Source of the DNA: a virus
Lineage: Duplodnaviria; Caudoviricetes
Length of the DNA stretch: 50,395 nt
Direction: 5' to 3' (one strand)
Virus record (IMG/VR): IMGVR_UViG_3300030107_000806
Coordinates: 1-50,395 of that record
Positions 46,251 through 50,395 of this stretch are shown piece after piece (position 1 is the stretch's first letter; each line of letters begins with the position of its first letter). The translations under genes and the position numbers were made by a program. The notes under the pieces were generated by a model. The model searched no databases, was not told where the DNA came from, and saw only the letters and a list, made by a program, of their open reading frames with translations.

Positions 46251-46430
46251 ATGGCAAAAATTGAACAAGTTGGTGGAATGTTATATATTGGTGATGCTCC
46301 ATCTGCGGAGAATGTACCAGAACATGACTCACAAATAGATGAAACACAAACAATTAGTAATGCTGTTCTTGCAGGTCCGGTAACATTTGCCGCAACAATA
46401 ACAGTAACAGGAAATTTAGTGGTAGTATAA
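46251..46430 (+). CDS. 59-aa tail fibre connector-like protein (not in ORF track)
   Basis: AGGAGG RBS; ends NAVLAGPVTFAATITVTGNLVVV. Confidence 0.8.
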   Translation: MAKIEQVGGMLYIGDAPSAENVPEHDSQIDETQTISNAVLAGPVTFAATITVTGNLVVV

Positions 46431-46431
46431 T

Positions 46432-47910
46432 ATGGCAAATATAGAATTAGATGGTGCAAATAAAAAGATAAAGGTTGACTCTGGTGATTTAACACTAGAT
46501 GTACCGGGTGATATTATTTTAGATGCTGATGGTGGGGATATAACATTTGCAGATGGTGGAACTAATCTTTTAAAGATAACTAACAGTTCTTCAGATGTAG
46601 TATTTCAACCACAAGTAGATGCTAAAGATATTATCTTTAAACAATATGATGGAACAAATCTTTTAGAAATTAATGATGGTGGTTATGTTGCTATTGCAAA
46701 TGGTGCAACTGGTCCGGGTCAATTAAGACTATATGAAGATACGGATAATGGAACAAATTATTCAGCATTTCAAGTTGGAACACAATCTGGTGATATAACT
46801 TATACATTACCTACAGCCGATGGCTCTAATGGTCATGCTTTAACTACAAATGGTAGTGGTACTTTAAGTTGGGCTTCAGCAGGAACAACTTATGCAGGTA
46901 TTGACGACCAATCATCTTCCAATGATGACCAAATTACAATTTCGGATACAGCAGTTATAATAAATGAAGATTCTGATGATTTAGATTTTAGAGTAGAATC
47001 AAATGGTAACACTCATATGTTATTTGTTGATGGTGGTAATGATAAAGTTGGAATAGGGGAAAGTGGTGCTGCACCTTTAGGAACTCTTCATGTTTATGCA
47101 GGAAATAGTACAGCTACTAGTGTTCAATCAAATTCTACAGCTTTAGTTGTAGAAGGTGCTGCTAATGCAGGAATACAACTTCTATCTACTAATGATGAAT
47201 ATAACACAATAAACTTTGGTGACCCACAAGACCCTAATATTGGAGGTATTCAATATTATCATACTAACAATGATATGACTTTTACTTGTAATACAGGTAC
47301 AGCTTTTAAAATAACAGATGGTACAGCAAAATTTTTTACTACAACAGATTTTGGTGGCACAAGATGTCATATTAAAGGTTCATTTTATGCTAATAGAGGA
47401 TTAGGTTTAAATTCTTCTGATGGTGCAAGTAGTGGTGGACAAGTTAATATGGTTTATTTTGGTGTTGAAAATTCAGCACAAGGTAGCATTACAGCAGGAG
47501 CTGGTAGTGTTGTTTATAACACTTCATCTGATTACAGAAGAAAAGAAAATGTTTCAAATTTAACAGGTGCTATTGATAGAGTTAAACAATTTAAACCTTA
47601 CAGATTTAATTTTACAGACGACCCAAGTAAAAAAGTAAGAGATGGGTTTTTTGCACATGAAGTGACATCTATTGTACCAGAATCAGTTACAGGAGAAAAA
47701 GATGCAGTAGAAAAATATAGAGATGGTCAAGATATACCAGAAGGTAAAAGTGTTGGAGATAACATTTTAGATGGCTCTGGAAATACAATTCCAGACTATC
47801 AAGGTATAGACCATTCAAAGTTAGTTCCGTTATTAACTGCAGCTTTAAAAGAAGCAATTACAAAAATAGAAACTTTAGAAACTAAAGTTAAGGCATTGGA
47901 GGAGGCATAA
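46432..47910 (+). CDS. Tail fibre with C-terminal intramolecular chaperone (peptidase S74)
   Basis: TSSDYRRKENV...GFFAHEV....PESV...IDHSKLVPLLT.AL.E coiled coil. Confidence 0.9.
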   Translation: MANIELDGANKKIKVDSGDLTLDVPGDIILDADGGDITFADGGTNLLKITNSSSDVVFQPQVDAKDIIFKQYDGTNLLEINDGGYVAIANGATGPGQLRLYEDTDNGTNYSAFQVGTQSGDITYTLPTADGSNGHALTTNGSGTLSWASAGTTYAGIDDQSSSNDDQITISDTAVIINEDSDDLDFRVESNGNTHMLFVDGGNDKVGIGESGAAPLGTLHVYAGNSTATSVQSNSTALVVEGAANAGIQLLSTNDEYNTINFGDPQDPNIGGIQYYHTNNDMTFTCNTGTAFKITDGTAKFFTTTDFGGTRCHIKGSFYANRGLGLNSSDGASSGGQVNMVYFGVENSAQGSITAGAGSVVYNTSSDYRRKENVSNLTGAIDRVKQFKPYRFNFTDDPSKKVRDGFFAHEVTSIVPESVTGEKDAVEKYRDGQDIPEGKSVGDNILDGSGNTIPDYQGIDHSKLVPLLTAALKEAITKIETLETKVKALEEA

Positions 47911-49088
47911 TGGCAGAGATAAGAGTAAACTCAACTGGAGCTTTAAAGTTATATGATTCTGATGATTCAAATTATGTAGCATTACAATCAGCAGGTACAG
48001 TTAGTTCTGATATTACTTGGACTTTACCAAGTGCTGATGGAAGTAATGGACAAGTATTAACTACTAATGGTAGTGGTACATTATCATGGGCGACAGCTAG
48101 TAGTGCTGACCCAACTTCTGCTGATGGAGATTCTTTAGGTACAGCTTCTGCTGAATGGTCAGATTTATATTTAGCAGATGGTGGTATAGTTTACTTTGGT
48201 AATGACCAAGATATTAGATTAACACATAATGCTGATAAAGGATTAATATTAAAACACTCAGCTACGGCTGATGATAAACCTGTTATATTAACATTACAAA
48301 CTGGTGAAACTGATATGGCAGCAGATGATGTCATAGGTAAAATAGAATTTCAAGCACCAGATGAAGGAACAGGCACAGATGCAGTATTAGTATCTGGAGC
48401 AATTCAAGCAGTTGCTGAAGGTGACCATAGTTCATCTAGTAATGCTACAAGATTAGAGTTTATGACTGGAGCTTCAGAAGCAGCAGCAACTAAGATGTGG
48501 CTAACAAGTGGTGGCAAATTAGGTCTTGGAACAGCACCAGATTTAGGAACACTTCATGTTAGAACTGCTGATAGTAGTGGAGGTTATATACAATATGGAC
48601 ATGATAATAATGATTTAACTATTGCTACTAATGATGCTAATGCAATGGTTATAGATGGAGCAGGTCATGTAACTAAACCTTTAAATCCTGCATTTATGAC
48701 ACAGCAAACAGGTGCTTTATCAGTAGCAAATGGGCATACAATATTTTCAACAAACACTACAGAAAGATACGATGTTAATTCAGATATAAGTGGTGCAACA
48801 TTTACTGCACCTGTAACTGGAAAATACCAACTTAATTTTTGTGTTCTTTATGAAAGTGTAAGTAGTGATACTACTTTTGAACCAAAACTTCAAACTTCAA
48901 ATCGTACATACGCTTCTCCTCCACAAACTAGAGCGGCAAATGGTGATGGTACTTATTTAGGAACAACAGGGTCTTATTTGTGTGATATGGATGCAAATGA
49001 TACCGCTATAGTTGTTCATGTAGGTCCAACAGCAGATGTTTCAGTTTCTGCAAACTGGAGTTGGTTTACAGGAACTTTATTAGGATAG
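47910..49088 (+). CDS. Tail fibre with C-terminal C1q-like domain
   Basis: PAF...FTAPVTGKYQLN...MDANDTA...WFTGTLL. Confidence 0.8.
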   Translation: MAEIRVNSTGALKLYDSDDSNYVALQSAGTVSSDITWTLPSADGSNGQVLTTNGSGTLSWATASSADPTSADGDSLGTASAEWSDLYLADGGIVYFGNDQDIRLTHNADKGLILKHSATADDKPVILTLQTGETDMAADDVIGKIEFQAPDEGTGTDAVLVSGAIQAVAEGDHSSSSNATRLEFMTGASEAAATKMWLTSGGKLGLGTAPDLGTLHVRTADSSGGYIQYGHDNNDLTIATNDANAMVIDGAGHVTKPLNPAFMTQQTGALSVANGHTIFSTNTTERYDVNSDISGATFTAPVTGKYQLNFCVLYESVSSDTTFEPKLQTSNRTYASPPQTRAANGDGTYLGTTGSYLCDMDANDTAIVVHVGPTADVSVSANWSWFTGTLLG

Positions 49089-49123
49089 TCAAAATGAAAC
49101 AATTAACTTTAAAGGAGGTTTAA

Positions 49124-49420
49124 ATGGCTAAAACAATTACAATAACAATATCAGATATTGATGAAAAAATTTTATATAATGATTTATTAACTACTGTTAC
49201 TAAAGATGGTGTTAGTAATGAAGGGATTAAAGATTGGCACGAACAAGCAAGTACAGGCAAAATTAATAATGCTTGGAAAAGATTTAGAACAGAATGGACA
49301 CAAAAGTTAATGGATGATAGTTCTTTTACAGATGCTATTCCAAGTAATAAAACAGATTTTGTAAATTTAGTTACAGCAAGAAGTGATTATAAAAATAGAA
49401 CACAAAGAGACGCTGATTAA
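49124..49420 (+). CDS. Tail fibre-associated small protein
   Basis: 98-aa ORF, AAGGAGGT RBS, follows the C1q fibre. Confidence 0.7.
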   Translation: MAKTITITISDIDEKILYNDLLTTVTKDGVSNEGIKDWHEQASTGKINNAWKRFRTEWTQKLMDDSSFTDAIPSNKTDFVNLVTARSDYKNRTQRDAD

Positions 49421-49446
49421 GACGCTGCTAACAATTAAAATAATAC

Positions 49447-49475
49447 TTGACATTTAACGAAATATATGATATAAT
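49447..49475 (+). promoter_or_regulatory. Internal sigma70 promoter in the tail region
   Basis: TTGACA-17-TATAAT with TATGA before the -10. Confidence 0.8.
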
Positions 49476-49504
49476 ATATAAACTAATTGGGCAGATAGGA
49501 ACTT

Positions 49505-49699
49505 ATGTTTAAAATAGAAAATAAAGAATATGACGAAACAAAATTAGAAGATAAAGGTAAAAGAGCTTTAGCTAATATTCAGTTACTAGCTAAAGAAAGA
49601 GATACCTTACTTCTACAATTAGAAAGAAATAAAGTTTTAACAGAACACTATACGAGTATTGTTAAAGAAAATTTACCTAAAGAAGAGGAGAAAAAATAA
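49505..49699 (+). CDS. Small coiled-coil protein
   Basis: I.NKEYD...L pattern; AGGA RBS. Confidence 0.7.
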   Translation: MFKIENKEYDETKLEDKGKRALANIQLLAKERDTLLLQLERNKVLTEHYTSIVKENLPKEEEKK

Positions 49700-50395
49700 T
49701 GGCATCAGAAATAAAAGTCGATACAGTATCAGAAAAAACTTCTGGTTCGGGTGTTACTATTGATGGTCTTTTAATTAAAGATGGTGGTATTAGTGGTGAT
49801 GTTTCCTTAATAGGAACTACTCCAACTTTTACTATTGGTGATGCAGGTGCAGAAGATGCGGCATTAGTATTTGATGGTAATGCTCAAGACTTTTATATTG
49901 GTCTTGATGATTCAGCAGATGATTTAATCATTGGTCATGGTAGTACAGTAGGAACAAACCCTGCTATTTCTATTAATTCTGATAGAGATGTAACTATATC
50001 TGATGGTGCAATTGATTTTGATATTGCTTCGCATGATACATCTAATGGATTAAAATTAGGTGGAACTTTAGTTACAGCAACTGCGGCTGAACTTAATATT
50101 ATGGATGGTGTTACATCAACTGCGGCAGAATTAAATATTATGGATGGTGTTACATCTACAACTGCTGAAATAAATTATTCAGATTTAGCAACATTAGGAA
50201 CAACAGCAGCATCGAAAGTATTTACAGCCGATGCTAATAATTTAACAAAAATAACAGGTGGTGTATATTTAGAAGAAGCTAACTTAACTTTTGATGCAAC
50301 ACAAGATTGGGATGTAAGAGCATCACCAGTTGCAAAAGTAACATTGACAAATAATGTAACCTTTGATGCACCGACAAATCCAACAACAGGACAAT
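49699..50395 (+). CDS. Tail fibre protein (3'-truncated by window; not in ORF track)
   Basis: GAGGAG RBS; MASEIKVDTVSEKTSGSGVTIDG..., open to the window end; carries the same ATAAELNIMDGVT repeat at 50077-50178. Confidence 0.85.
   Translation, partial: MASEIKVDTVSEKTSGSGVTIDGLLIKDGGISGDVSLIGTTPTFTIGDAGAEDAALVFDGNAQDFYIGLDDSADDLIIGHGSTVGTNPAISINSDRDVTISDGAIDFDIASHDTSNGLKLGGTLVTATAAELNIMDGVTSTAAELNIMDGVTSTTAEINYSDLATLGTTAASKVFTADANNLTKITGGVYLEEANLTFDATQDWDVRASPVAKVTLTNNVTFDAPTNPTTGQ

Noticed and set aside
46247-46495. 82-aa - strand ORF
   Set aside because: The real gene is on + (46251-46430) with an AGGAGG RBS.
43158-50395. Diversity-generating retroelement for the fibres
   Set aside because: No reverse transcriptase and no TR/VR pair with adenine-specific differences seen.

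Overview
AT-rich, almost complete genome (circularly permuted, both ends inside genes) of a lytic marine podophage. Gene content and order resemble SAR11/Pelagibacter podoviruses; the host is inferred, not shown. The + strand carries morphogenesis genes: 31.1-50.4 kb has terminase, portal, scaffold, capsid, tail adaptor, nozzle and several fibre genes; 0-15.1 kb has envelope proteins, internal virion/ejection proteins, a HlyC-like acyltransferase, Hsp20 and a holin. The - strand (30.5-15.1 kb) carries small early genes, a GP88-like Fe-S protein and a T7-like replisome (SSB, primase-helicase, Tyr762 PolA, exonuclease, endonuclease I) plus class I RNR. No RNA polymerase, integrase, tRNA or CRISPR was seen; transcription appears to use near-consensus sigma70 promoters. 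Best leads: (1) a ~680-nt ORF-free, heavily base-paired RNA on the - strand (24339-25020) with its own promoter; (2) an RTX-type acyltransferase coupled to a Gly-Lys-rich amphipathic virion protein; (3) a ROSE-like thermometer on hsp20; (4) a promoter-to-terminator sRNA, iterons and a G-rich tract at the strand switch; (5) small genes missed by the ORF track, including a 9-Cys peptide and a peptide with 22 Lys/Arg in 38 aa. Family assignments come from motif recognition, not database searches.
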